A stretch of 64,000 nt of DNA from the NCBI GenBank assembly GCA_963823555.1, contig CAWGMA010000003.1:227614-291613 (forward strand), written 5' to 3'. A program made the translations under genes and the position numbers. Of this stretch, positions 9,053 through 18,690 are shown piece after piece. The notes below the pieces were generated by a model, which did not search any database, was not told the origin of the DNA, and saw only the letters and a program-made list of their open reading frames with translations. This DNA is from Candidatus Eiseniibacteriota bacterium (GTDB lineage Bacteria > Eisenbacteria > RBG-16-71-46 > CAVPCR01). The first letter of the stretch is position 1. Every line of letters starts with the position of its first letter.

Positions 9053-10027
9053 ATGATTCAAGTCAAGAGTCTGAGCAAGCGGTTCGGGCCGACCATCGCC
9101 GTCGAGAACGTGAGCTTCGATGTTCAGCGCCGGGAAGTGGTCGGCTTCCTCGGGCCGAACGGCGCCGGCAAGACGACCACCATGCGCATGCTCACGTGTT
9201 ACTTGCCTCCCGACGCCGGGTCGGCCGAGGTGGCGGGCTTCGACGTCATGCGGCAACCCCTGGATGTGCGGCGAAGGATCGGATACCTGCCGGAGAGCGC
9301 CCCGCTCTACGCCGAGATGGGAGTCCTCGACTACCTCGAGTTCATCGCCGAGGTGCGGGGACTCGCCGGCCCGCGCCGGCGCCAGCGCATCCAGGACATG
9401 ATCGGCATCTGCGGGCTGGAGCGCGTCGTCAAGAAGGACATCGGCGAGCTGTCGAAGGGATATCGCCAGCGTGTCGGCCTGGCCCAGACCCTGATCCACG
9501 ATCCCGATGTGCTGATCCTCGATGAGCCGACCTCGGGACTCGACCCGAAGCAGATCATCGAGATCCGCGAGCTCATCAAGGAGATCGGACGGGAGAAGAC
9601 CGTCATCCTCTCCACGCACATCCTCCCCGAGGTCAACGCCACCTGCAACCGCGTGATCATCATCCACAACGGGCAGATCGTCGCTGACGGCGCTCCCGAC
9701 GAGCTCGGGGAGCGGGCTCGGGGTGGTGATCGCTTCTTCGTCACGCTGCGTGGTCCGGCGGAGGACATCTCGGCCCGCCTCGCCGAGGTGCCCGGCGTGC
9801 ACGCCTTGCGTGCCGTCGGCCGGCCCGCTGGAGATCGCGTCCGCTTCGAAGTCAAGGCGGCGCACGAGGACGACGTGGCCGAACGCATCTTCCAGGTCGC
9901 GGTCGACCATCGGTGGCCACTGAGCGAGCTTGCGCCGGAGGCATCGTCTCTCGAAGACGTCTTCATCCGGCTCACGCAGTCGGAACCGGGAACGGGGCCG
10001 GGTGCAGCTGGCACGGGCTCTGGATAG
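9053..10027 (+). CDS. ABC transporter ATP-binding protein (GldA-like, ABC-2 type)
   Basis: Begins MIQVKSLSKRFG. Walker A is GPNGAGKTTT, the signature is LSKGYRQRV, and Walker B is LILDEPTSGLD. Trimmed from the track start at 9014. Confidence 0.85.
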   Translation: MIQVKSLSKRFGPTIAVENVSFDVQRREVVGFLGPNGAGKTTTMRMLTCYLPPDAGSAEVAGFDVMRQPLDVRRRIGYLPESAPLYAEMGVLDYLEFIAEVRGLAGPRRRQRIQDMIGICGLERVVKKDIGELSKGYRQRVGLAQTLIHDPDVLILDEPTSGLDPKQIIEIRELIKEIGREKTVILSTHILPEVNATCNRVIIIHNGQIVADGAPDELGERARGGDRFFVTLRGPAEDISARLAEVPGVHALRAVGRPAGDRVRFEVKAAHEDDVAERIFQVAVDHRWPLSELAPEASSLEDVFIRLTQSEPGTGPGAAGTGSG

Positions 10028-10042
10028 CCGCGAAAGAACCAG

Positions 10043-10756
10043 ATGAAAACGATCCTTGCCATCTTCAAGCGCGAGTTCAAGAGCTACTTCCGCTCGCCCA
10101 TCGCTTACATCTTCATCAGCGCCTTCCTGATCGTGTCGGGGTGGTTCTTCTACCAGACCTTCTTCGTGATCGATTACGCGTCGATGCGGAACTACTTTGA
10201 CATCTTGCCCTGGCTTTTCCTCTTCTTCGTGCCCGTGGTCACCATGCGCCTGTGGGCCGAGGAGCGGAAGATCGGCACGATGGAAGTGCTCATGACATTG
10301 CCGGTGCGCGACCATGAGGCCGTGCTCGGCAAGTACCTGGCGGGTCTTGCGTTTCTTGCCGTCGGCCTCGCGCTCACCCTTCCCATCCCGCTCACCGTGG
10401 CCCGGTTCGGCGATCCCGATGTGGGCGTCATCGTGGCCGGTTACGTCGGCGGCATGCTGATGGGAGCGGCCTATCTGGCGATCGGGATCTTCGTCTCGAG
10501 CATGAGCTCGAACCAGATCGTGGCCGCCATCGTGGGCTGGGTGGTCTGTTTCATCCTCTTCTTCATCGGCAACGATCTGGTGCTCTTCAATGCCCCCAAG
10601 GCGGTGGTTCCGTTCTTCGACTATCTGGGGCTCGGCAACCACTTCGAGTCGATCGGGCGGGGCGTGCTGGATTCGCGTGATCTGATCTACTACGGGTCCG
10701 TGATCGCGTTCTTCCTCTTTCTGAATGTCCGCGTGATCGAGGCGCGGAAGGCATAG
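10043..10756 (+). CDS. ABC-2 family permease (GldF-like)
   Basis: 237-aa polytopic membrane protein directly after the ATPase. Its N-terminus is MKTILAIFKREFKSYFRSPIAYIF, as in GldF-type permeases. Confidence 0.75.
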   Translation: MKTILAIFKREFKSYFRSPIAYIFISAFLIVSGWFFYQTFFVIDYASMRNYFDILPWLFLFFVPVVTMRLWAEERKIGTMEVLMTLPVRDHEAVLGKYLAGLAFLAVGLALTLPIPLTVARFGDPDVGVIVAGYVGGMLMGAAYLAIGIFVSSMSSNQIVAAIVGWVVCFILFFIGNDLVLFNAPKAVVPFFDYLGLGNHFESIGRGVLDSRDLIYYGSVIAFFLFLNVRVIEARKA

Positions 10757-10802
10757 CCGCGCCGGGCGCGGTGAATGGTGGAATGGCTATGAGGTCGATG
10801 TC

Positions 10803-12458
10803 ATGAGTTCGCGACGGATGCAAGCCGGACGCAACGCGGTCGTCGCGTCCATCCTGTTCCTTGCCATCCTGGTGCTCGTCAACTACCTGGCGGCCAGGAA
10901 TTTCTCCCGGATCGACTTGACCCAGAACAAGGAGTTCACGATCTCACCAGCGACCCGTTCCATTCTCGGGCGCATGGACGACATCGTGAACCTCAAGGTC
11001 TACTTCTCGAAGGACCTGCCCTCATATCTCGCCACACTGAACAGCGAGGTTCGAGATCTGCTCGACGAGTTCGCCGCCTATTCGCACGGCAATCTGGTCG
11101 TCGATTTCGAGGATCCATCGACCGACCCCGAGGTCGAGAACCGGGTGCGGCGGCTCGGCATCCCCCAGGTCCAGCTCGATGTCATCCAGAGCGACAGCCG
11201 CTCGATCCAGAACGCCTACCTCGGCATGGCCATGCTCTATGAGGACCGCAGCGAGACCATTCCGGTGGTCTATTCGACCGAGAACCTGGAGTACGATCTG
11301 GCCTCCTCGATCGTCAAGGTCCTGCAAGAGAAGAAGAAGGTGATCGGTTTCCTGACCGGGCACGGCGAGCCGGGTATCAACGACGCGTTCGACCCCGTGC
11401 GCCAGGAAGCCGAGAAGCAGTACACGGTGCGCGCGGTGGATCTCCAGGGCGGGCGGAGCCCGGTGCCGGCCGACGTCGACGTGCTGGTCATCGCCGGCGC
11501 GGACGCGATCAGCGAACGCGAGAAGTACCTGATCGACCAGTACTTCATGCGCGGCGGACGCCTGATCGTGCTCGAGGACGCCATCGCGCTCATGGGCGGA
11601 GCCCTGCAGGCCCGGCCCCTGCGCTCGGGACTCGAGAACCTGCTCCCGGCCTACGGCGTGCGGATCGACGAGGATCTGGTCCTCGACAACGTGAGCGCGA
11701 CAGCCGGCTTCACCTCCGGCTACATGCGGTTCATGGTCCGGTATCCGTACTGGCCGCGCATCGTGAAGCAGAACTTCGATCAGACCAATCCGATCGTGAG
11801 CAAGCTCGAATCGCTGGTGCTGCCGTGGGTGAGCCCGGTCGAGGAAACCGAGATGAAGCCGGCCGCGGTCACCTTCACCAAGCTCGCCTGGACGTCGGAT
11901 CAGTCCTGGACGCAGAGCGGCCCCTTCAACCTGGCGCCGCAACAGCAGTGGATGCCGGATCCCAACCGCATCAAGAGCCATGGAGTGGTGGCGGCGCTCA
12001 GCGGCCAGTTCCAGAGCTATTTCGCCGGCAAGGACATCCCGCCGGCTCCGGCCGATACGACGGCGGGGGTGGCGCCGGCGCCGCCCGACGAGCCGCTGAT
12101 CGATCTCAGCACCGAGACGCAGCTCCTGGTGGTGGGGACCTCGCAGTTCATCAACGCCAACTTCCTGAGCCAGTATCCGTCGAACATCACCTTCTTCCTG
12201 AACGCGCTCGATTGGATGGCGCTCGGAGACGAGCTCATCGCCATCCGCTCCCGTACGGTGAGCGACCGCCCCCTCGATCCCGAAATCCTCAAGGATGAGG
12301 CCGCCGGCAAGCGGAGCGCGATCAAGTACGCCGGGATCTTCGGCATGCCGATCCTGCTCACGATCTTCGGCATCGGCCAGTGGATGGCGCGACGGCGCGG
12401 GAAGCAGACGTTCGAGTCCGCGCTGCGAGGCCCCTCGGGGGGGACGGGGAGCATCTAG
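10803..12458 (+). CDS. GldG-like ABC-transporter auxiliary protein (ABC_transp_aux)
   Basis: 551 aa with N- and C-terminal TM anchors and a large periplasmic part. It is third in the GldA/F/G-type gene order. Confidence 0.7.
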   Translation: MSSRRMQAGRNAVVASILFLAILVLVNYLAARNFSRIDLTQNKEFTISPATRSILGRMDDIVNLKVYFSKDLPSYLATLNSEVRDLLDEFAAYSHGNLVVDFEDPSTDPEVENRVRRLGIPQVQLDVIQSDSRSIQNAYLGMAMLYEDRSETIPVVYSTENLEYDLASSIVKVLQEKKKVIGFLTGHGEPGINDAFDPVRQEAEKQYTVRAVDLQGGRSPVPADVDVLVIAGADAISEREKYLIDQYFMRGGRLIVLEDAIALMGGALQARPLRSGLENLLPAYGVRIDEDLVLDNVSATAGFTSGYMRFMVRYPYWPRIVKQNFDQTNPIVSKLESLVLPWVSPVEETEMKPAAVTFTKLAWTSDQSWTQSGPFNLAPQQQWMPDPNRIKSHGVVAALSGQFQSYFAGKDIPPAPADTTAGVAPAPPDEPLIDLSTETQLLVVGTSQFINANFLSQYPSNITFFLNALDWMALGDELIAIRSRTVSDRPLDPEILKDEAAGKRSAIKYAGIFGMPILLTIFGIGQWMARRRGKQTFESALRGPSGGTGSI

Positions 12459-12525
12459 CGGATCGCGCCCGGGTCGGCGCCGGCGGGAGGTTTGCCGGCG
12501 GCCGGACAGGAGGAGTAGGCAGGAC

Positions 12526-13527
12526 ATGGAAGCTCGACAGATGCGCAACATGGCGCTCGTTCTCCTGGGTCTCTTGCTCGTCGCTCTGGTCCTGGAACAG
12601 CCGTGGTCGGGAGGAAAGAAGAAGACAGACGAGCTCTACCCCGATTTCAAAGCGGAAGAGATCGATCGTATCCACGTCGTGAATCGTGCCGATACCGTCG
12701 ATCTCGTGCTCCGCGATGGATTGTGGCTGATCGGCGGCCCACGCCCGTTGCCCGCCGATACCGCCTCGATCAACCGGGCGCTGGAGGCGGTCGACCGATT
12801 CGAGAAGACGCAGCTCGTGTCCAAGAACGCCGAGAAGTTCACGGTCTTCGAGGTCGATTCAGCGAGCGCGGCTCATGTCCAGCTCTATGCCGGCGGCGGT
12901 GATCCCGTCGTCGACATGCTCCTCGGCAAGTTCACCCCGGAGGGGGGCAACTACTTCCGTCCATCCGGCGAGGAGTTCGTCTATTCCTCCACCGATCGGG
13001 TCCGGGCCCTCTTCGCGCGCGATGCGCGCGCCTGGCAGGATCGGAAGATCTTCGATGTCGAGCCGGTTGACCTCACCAGGCTCATAGTCGAGCGCGGTGA
13101 TTCGACCATCGTCTTCGAGAAGGAGGCCGATGGCAGCTGGCTCCTCAAGGAGCCGCTCAGTTTCCCGGTGCGCACCGAAGAGATGGACAACCTTCTACGC
13201 AACGTGGCCAAGCTCATCGCCAATGCCTATCCCGATTCCGCGGTCACGGTGGCCGAGGCCGGGCTCGACAAGCCCAGGCTCCGGGTGCGGGCGGAGCGCC
13301 TCGACGGCACCGGGATCGAGCTCCTGGTCGGGGCGCAAGGCGGCAACGGGCTCTACTACGCCAAGGCCGCGGACCGCGACTGGATCTACGAGCTGGCGCC
13401 CTACCGCATCGATCCCTTCTACAAGGATCTCCTGAGCATGAAGGCCGAGGCGCCGCCGGCGCCTCCGGCAGGAGAAGCTCCGTCAGGCGATGCTCCGGCC
13501 GGCGGAGCGCCGGGCACGAGCGGATAA
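12526..13527 (+). CDS. DUF4340-like periplasmic protein
   Basis: Trimmed to the ATG at 12526 (MEARQMRNMALVLLGLLLVALVL), which is preceded by AGGAGGAG. It has a single N-terminal TM. Its position after the gldG-like gene is typical for DUF4340. Confidence 0.6.
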   Translation: MEARQMRNMALVLLGLLLVALVLEQPWSGGKKKTDELYPDFKAEEIDRIHVVNRADTVDLVLRDGLWLIGGPRPLPADTASINRALEAVDRFEKTQLVSKNAEKFTVFEVDSASAAHVQLYAGGGDPVVDMLLGKFTPEGGNYFRPSGEEFVYSSTDRVRALFARDARAWQDRKIFDVEPVDLTRLIVERGDSTIVFEKEADGSWLLKEPLSFPVRTEEMDNLLRNVAKLIANAYPDSAVTVAEAGLDKPRLRVRAERLDGTGIELLVGAQGGNGLYYAKAADRDWIYELAPYRIDPFYKDLLSMKAEAPPAPPAGEAPSGDAPAGGAPGTSG

Positions 13528-13572
13528 ACGGCTGCCGTCGAATCGATCCCGGCGCCACCTCGCCGGCGCGAG

Positions 13573-14874
13573 ATGATAAGGTCGCGCGCCATGAAGCGAG
13601 CATCGGGCATCGAGACGGGCGCGCAGCGCACCCACCCCTGGCGGTCGGGCCTCGCCGCGCTGGTGGTCTTGACCTCCATGGCCGTGTGGTCGCCGGCCGA
13701 GGTCTCCGCCTCCGATGATGCGAGTCCCGGCACGGAGGGTGCCGCCGACTCGATTCTTGTCGCCCTCGATCGCGATGCGCGCGAGGCAATGACCGGGCGC
13801 GACCTGGAGCGGCTCCTGGACCTCGGCGATGAGGCCCGGGTCTTTCCGGTCGGGATGGGGACCCCGCTCATCGAGGTCCTGGCGGCGGTCGCCGACCTTC
13901 GCGCCGGCAGCATCCCCGCTGCCGTCACGCGCCTCCGCTACGTCAGCCCGCTCGCCGTGGTGGCGGTCATTGCCGTCACCGCGCTGGCTGCGGTCCTCCT
14001 CGCCATCTGTCTCTATCTCCCGATCGCGCTCTTCGTCTGGGTGGCCGGCGAGCGCCGCATGGTCGCCGACCTGGCGGCGAGCACGTCCGGGGATGGTGAT
14101 GGCGTGCCTCCGGCCAAGTCCGACCGCGCCGCCCGGCGCGCCCTGGCCTCCTGGCGCGCTCCGCTCGGGCTCGGAGCCGGGCTCTTCCTGACCGCGATCG
14201 ACGATCTGATCGGTATCGGCGCCGCCTTCGCCATCGCCTGGATTGGCTTCGGCGCGCCCGAGTCGGTGCTGGCCATCGACGACATCACGCGTGCCGGGGC
14301 CATCTCCACGCTCGCCGGCACCGCAGCCGGCAACCTGGGGACGCTGCTCCTGGTCGCTTTCGTCTATCGCGCGCGGGGAGTGGGCATGGGTGGCGCCGGC
14401 CTGGCGCCGGTGTCCGCCCGCGACGTCCTGCGCCCGGCTCTTCTCCTCAGCGTGCCTCTGGTCATCCTCTCCGCAGCGCACGACCTCGCCTTCACGAAGA
14501 TCGTGGGCCGTGAACCACACTCGAACGCCGAGCCGTTGCTCGAGATGCTGCTCGGACCGGCCGGGGGAATGTTGGGTGTGGTGGCGGTCGCGGTCACGGT
14601 TGTCGTCACCGCGCCGGTCATCGAAGAGGTGGTCTATCGCGGGGTGATCTATCGGGCCTTTCGCGATCGCGCCGGGGTGCCGCTGGCGGTGTTCGCCTCG
14701 GGCTTCATCTTCGCCGTCGCCCACCTCGACATGGACCACGTGCTCCCGCTGTGGTGGATCGGGATGACCCTGGCGCTGGTGGTGGAGCGCACCGGATCGA
14801 TCATCCCCGCCATCGCGCTCCACGCCCTCTATAACGCGCTCTCGCTCATCCTCTACCTGATGGGACGGGTCTGA
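13573..14874 (+). CDS. CPBP (CAAX/Abi) family intramembrane metalloprotease
   Basis: The C-terminal motifs are EEVVYRG, FAVAHL and ALHALYNA. It is a multi-TM protein with a long N-terminal extension. Confidence 0.75.
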   Translation: MIRSRAMKRASGIETGAQRTHPWRSGLAALVVLTSMAVWSPAEVSASDDASPGTEGAADSILVALDRDAREAMTGRDLERLLDLGDEARVFPVGMGTPLIEVLAAVADLRAGSIPAAVTRLRYVSPLAVVAVIAVTALAAVLLAICLYLPIALFVWVAGERRMVADLAASTSGDGDGVPPAKSDRAARRALASWRAPLGLGAGLFLTAIDDLIGIGAAFAIAWIGFGAPESVLAIDDITRAGAISTLAGTAAGNLGTLLLVAFVYRARGVGMGGAGLAPVSARDVLRPALLLSVPLVILSAAHDLAFTKIVGREPHSNAEPLLEMLLGPAGGMLGVVAVAVTVVVTAPVIEEVVYRGVIYRAFRDRAGVPLAVFASGFIFAVAHLDMDHVLPLWWIGMTLALVVERTGSIIPAIALHALYNALSLILYLMGRV

Positions 14875-14884
14875 CTCCTGCGGA

Positions 14885-16960
14885 TCAGGGGGCGATGATC
14901 ACGCGCTGCGAAGCCTGGCGCCCTCCCGCGTCCAGGCTCAAGAAGTAGACCCCGGGCGCGAGATCGCGATTCAGCGTGAAACGATGGCTGCCGGCCGCCT
15001 GCATGCCCTGATCGATGCGCGCCGCCACCCTCCCCGTGACGTCCACCAGGCGGACGACGACCTCGAGCGGTCGATCGAGCGAGTACTCGACGGCAAACGG
15101 CCCCGGGGCCGGGTTGGGCCGGACCGGGGCGAGCTGGAAGGCCAGGGCGGGGGAGGCCACCGGGCCGGGCGTGGCCGTGGTCGGCGGATCCACCTCGACC
15201 GCGCCGCGGAGGATCCAGTAGTACGGGTCGAAGAGCACGGCAACCGGCTCCCCGCTCGCGGCGACTGCAAAGCTCTGCACGGCGAGACTGTCGGTGATCA
15301 CCGACCAGGTGGTGTCGCCGGCGGCACTGACGACGCCGATATCGATCGGCATCGTGAACGGCGGTGCATTGATCTGCACCTGCTCGACATGCAGGCTCAC
15401 CGCCCAGTCGCCGCCGCCCCGATCCACCGGCAGCCACCAGTAGGTGTAGAGCGGGCGGTTCACGCCGTAGATCCAGGGCATGAAGAACCAGTCGAGATCG
15501 GCGCCATGGATCGACTCGGCGAGGGCCTGGAAGTCCGCGGTCACGGCGTTCCCGTATGCGTACTGGATCGCCCACTGGCGGAGCAGCTGTTCGAAGGCGG
15601 CATCTCCCATCACATGGCGGAGCATGTGCAGCACCCACCCGCCCTTCTTGTAGACGGTGCTGCTGAAGAGGTAGGTCGGATCGTAGATCGGCCCCTGGAA
15701 GGAGCCGATGTCGAGCCCGCGCATGTAGAGGACATAGGCATCGAATCCCTGCACGGCCTCGACCCAGACCGCCTCGCTGTAGGTGGCGAAGCCCTCGTTG
15801 AGCCAGATATCCCGCCAGTCCCCGAGCGTGACGGAATCCCCCCACCACTGGTGGGACAGCTCGTGCGCCACGACCCAGTCATAGGAGTGGTCGCCGCGGG
15901 TGAGACCCGCCGAGTAGGTGGTGCAGGTCTGATGCTCCATGGCGCCGCCCCACTGGAACATCGCCATCCCGTACTTCTCCGCGAGGAACGGGTACTCCCC
16001 GAAACGGTCGGCGTAGATCTCGATCATGGGCACGGTGACGCTCCAGTCCTCCTGTGCCTGTGTGAGCCGCTCCGGATACGAGTAGAAGATGACCGGCATC
16101 GTGTCCTGGCTCGCCGAAATGTACTGGTCCTCGAAGACGGTGAAGTTGGTCGCGGTGACGCTCACCAGGTAGGTCGAGATCGGATAGATCTCCCGCCAGT
16201 GGTAGGTGATCTTGCCTGGGGCCGGCGCGGTGGTGCCGACGAGGAGGCCGTTCGAGGCGACGACCATGGTGTCGGGTACGGTGAAGTGCAAGTCCGCCGT
16301 GGCCTTGTCGTCCGGCACGTCCTTGCAGGGCCACCAGTTCCGCGCGTAGTTGGGCTCGGAGAGGGAGGCGGCGATCAGCGCGCCGTTGTGGGCTCCGAAG
16401 CCGAAGGCCAGGAATCCCCCTTGGGCCGGTTGCCCACCATAGGTGACCCGCACCGCGAACGGCTCGCCGGGGGCAAAGGGCCGGTCGAGGTTCACGGTGA
16501 GGAGGTTGTTGGCGTGAGTGTAGGGGAGCGGGATGCCGTCGCGGTCGACCGCGCTCACCACCATGGCGGGGTGCAGATCGAGGACGAGCGTCGTCAGGCT
16601 CGCCACGATGCTCTCGCTGGTCACCGTGAGGACGCCGCTGATCGATTCGCCGATGAAATCGATGTCGAGAGCGAGGTCATAGTGGAGGACATCGAAGTCG
16701 GTCTGACCCAGGGCCGGCTCGATGGACATCGGCTCGCGCTGCATCTCGAGGGCGTGCTTGGCATCGATCAGCGGGTGCGGTTCCTGGGGGAACAGCGCCG
16801 GATCAGCGAAGGGATGCAGCTCGAGCGGCGTGGCAAGAGCCGGTGGCGCGAGGAAGAGGGCCGTGGTCAGGGCGAGCGCCAGCGCGAGCGGGAGGACGGG
16901 CCACAAGAGTCGGATCCGGGAGGCGGATCCCGGACTGGGGCGCCGCGGAAGACCGATCAT
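14885..16960 (-). CDS. M1 family aminopeptidase with C-terminal sorting-type domain
   Basis: Contains GAMEHQ, HELSHQWWGD and WLNEGFATY (the HExxH-E gluzincin M1 signature) and a signal peptide. The last ~85 aa (VRPNPAPGPFAVEYSL...PGVYFLSLDAGG) resemble the FlgD-Ig/T9SS-type CTD. Confidence 0.85.
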   Translation of the reverse strand: MIGLPRRPSPGSASRIRLLWPVLPLALALALTTALFLAPPALATPLELHPFADPALFPQEPHPLIDAKHALEMQREPMSIEPALGQTDFDVLHYDLALDIDFIGESISGVLTVTSESIVASLTTLVLDLHPAMVVSAVDRDGIPLPYTHANNLLTVNLDRPFAPGEPFAVRVTYGGQPAQGGFLAFGFGAHNGALIAASLSEPNYARNWWPCKDVPDDKATADLHFTVPDTMVVASNGLLVGTTAPAPGKITYHWREIYPISTYLVSVTATNFTVFEDQYISASQDTMPVIFYSYPERLTQAQEDWSVTVPMIEIYADRFGEYPFLAEKYGMAMFQWGGAMEHQTCTTYSAGLTRGDHSYDWVVAHELSHQWWGDSVTLGDWRDIWLNEGFATYSEAVWVEAVQGFDAYVLYMRGLDIGSFQGPIYDPTYLFSSTVYKKGGWVLHMLRHVMGDAAFEQLLRQWAIQYAYGNAVTADFQALAESIHGADLDWFFMPWIYGVNRPLYTYWWLPVDRGGGDWAVSLHVEQVQINAPPFTMPIDIGVVSAAGDTTWSVITDSLAVQSFAVAASGEPVAVLFDPYYWILRGAVEVDPPTTATPGPVASPALAFQLAPVRPNPAPGPFAVEYSLDRPLEVVVRLVDVTGRVAARIDQGMQAAGSHRFTLNRDLAPGVYFLSLDAGGRQASQRVIIAP

Positions 16961-17186
16961 GGTTGAGGTATCTCCTCGTCAGGACGGTGATGGTCGGGAA
17001 AGCGTCCGAGGGACCCAGAACAGGCCATCGCCAGGTGGGGCCGCCGCCGGCGGTTGTTCGATATCTGGCTGGTGGGAGCGCACCACCATTATACACGAGC
17101 AGCCGGCCACGGCGCTGACCAGCAGAAGACCGTTCTGATTCAACCTGGAACAGGGCCTCAGCCGGGGCATTGCCCCCTCGTTCAGG

Positions 17187-17215
17187 TTGACGGCACTGCC
17201 GGGGGAGGGGAGAAT
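17187..17215 (+). promoter_or_regulatory. sigma70-like promoter candidate for the adhesin cassette
   Basis: TTGACG (17187-17192), a 17-nt spacer, then GAGAAT (17210-17215). The -35 overlaps the 3' arm of an inverted repeat (17139-17151 / 17180-17190). Confidence 0.35.
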
Positions 17216-17340
17216 TGATGCCGCGTTCGCGTCCCAGCACAGGAAAGCCTGGGAATCGCGCGACTTCACCCGCTGCTGCCACCGATGTTCGGGTGCCCCC
17301 GGCTGCGGGCGACGGAGTAACCACCACGCCCACAGACCTC

Positions 17341-18690
17341 ATGCTCGAGCGCATCAATCACCATCAACTCGGCGTCCACATCCTGAGCCTGTTCCTGGCC
17401 GTTTCCGTCTCGGCATGTGTCCCGGTCTACGAGCGGCGCCTGGAGCGCTACCGGGCCGGCGGCGACCTCGCTGCCGCCGAGCAACTCCTCGATTCGGCTC
17501 TGGAGGGGCATCCCGACAACCCGGACGTTCTGCGCGATAGCGGCATCGTCGCGTTCGAGCAGGGTGATCTGGATCAGGCGATCGATCGGCTGGCTCGTGC
17601 CCATGCGCTCGATCCCGATGACGGACGCACCGAGGTCTACCTGGCAGCCGCCTACGAGAGATCCTCCCGCTACGCTGAGGCCGCCGTCCACTATCGCCAC
17701 CTGGAGCACCGCGTGGTCGCCGGAGACGGGATCAGCGATTACGAAGCCGATCTCATTTGCCGGCGCAGCCTCGTCGAGTCGCAGTACGTGGCTGACCTCG
17801 TGGCGACGCGCCTGGCCGAGGAGAAGGCCGGAACCCTCCCTCCCGGCGACCGGCTGCTCATCCTGCCCTTCAGGCTGTATCAGGCGACGCCCGGCGCCCA
17901 GAGTCTCAGGCTCGGGCTGGCCTCGGTGCTGAGCGCTGACTGGAGGGCCGCGCCGTCACCGGAAGCGGTGCCTTTCGCCGAGGTCGAGGCTTTCATGACC
18001 GCGCTCGAGGTGCCTCTCGATGCGGTGATCGGCAACGACCTGCGCGATCGGCTGGCCCGCCTCACGGGGGCTCGTTACGTTCTCGACGGCACGCTGTCGG
18101 ATGTGGGAGAGGTCATCTCGGCGGCTCCCGTGCTCATCGACCTGAATGCCCGCTCCGCCGCTGGCGAGGACAACGCCTCGCCACGGGAGGTGCATCTCGA
18201 GTACCAGCAGGCACGCACCGGATCTCTCGTCGAGTTCGAGCAGACGCTGCTCTTCCACGTGACCCAGGCCCTCGAGATCGAGTTCTCGCCGGTGGATGAG
18301 GCAGGGATGAGGCGCTTCTCCTCCCAGAGCGGATATGCCATCGCTCTCTATGGTGAGGGTATGGCCCTCGAGCGGGCAGGAGACCGGGCGGCGGCAATGG
18401 AAAAGCTGGCCCAGGCCACCGCCCTCGATCCAGACTTCGCCGCGGCGCGGGAAGCCCAGCTGCGGCTCACGTCTTGTCGCGGAAAGGCGGGGGAGCCGGA
18501 GTCGGTCCTTCAAGCCTACGAGGTCGCGCTCGCGGACGCCCGAGCCCGCTCATCCGAACGCGACCTCCTTGCCCGCACCACGAACGAGGTGGGGCGAGTG
18601 GGCGGGCCCGCCGGAGATGGCGACAACTTCTCCATCAATCGCGCGGCGGGAGCCGGCTCGGCCGTGTTCCCGGTGCGGTTGCCGCGATGA
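17341..18690 (+). CDS. TPR-repeat lipoprotein with central CsgG/LpoB-like segment
   Basis: Trimmed to MLERINHHQLGVHILSLFLAVSVSAC (lipobox). TPR-like helices are present at both ends (DLDQAIDRLARAHALDPDD; DRAAAMEKLAQATALDPDF). The central part reads LLILPFRLYQ...GARYVLDGTLSDVG. Confidence 0.6.
   Translation: MLERINHHQLGVHILSLFLAVSVSACVPVYERRLERYRAGGDLAAAEQLLDSALEGHPDNPDVLRDSGIVAFEQGDLDQAIDRLARAHALDPDDGRTEVYLAAAYERSSRYAEAAVHYRHLEHRVVAGDGISDYEADLICRRSLVESQYVADLVATRLAEEKAGTLPPGDRLLILPFRLYQATPGAQSLRLGLASVLSADWRAAPSPEAVPFAEVEAFMTALEVPLDAVIGNDLRDRLARLTGARYVLDGTLSDVGEVISAAPVLIDLNARSAAGEDNASPREVHLEYQQARTGSLVEFEQTLLFHVTQALEIEFSPVDEAGMRRFSSQSGYAIALYGEGMALERAGDRAAAMEKLAQATALDPDFAAAREAQLRLTSCRGKAGEPESVLQAYEVALADARARSSERDLLARTTNEVGRVGGPAGDGDNFSINRAAGAGSAVFPVRLPR

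Noticed and set aside
8933-16966. Long antisense ORFs 8933..10642 (-), 11022..12551 (-), 13483..14823 (-), 14984..16966 (+)
   Set aside because: Each lies opposite a gene with strong family motifs (ABC ATPase and permease, GldG-like, CPBP, M1 peptidase). Their translations are low-complexity.
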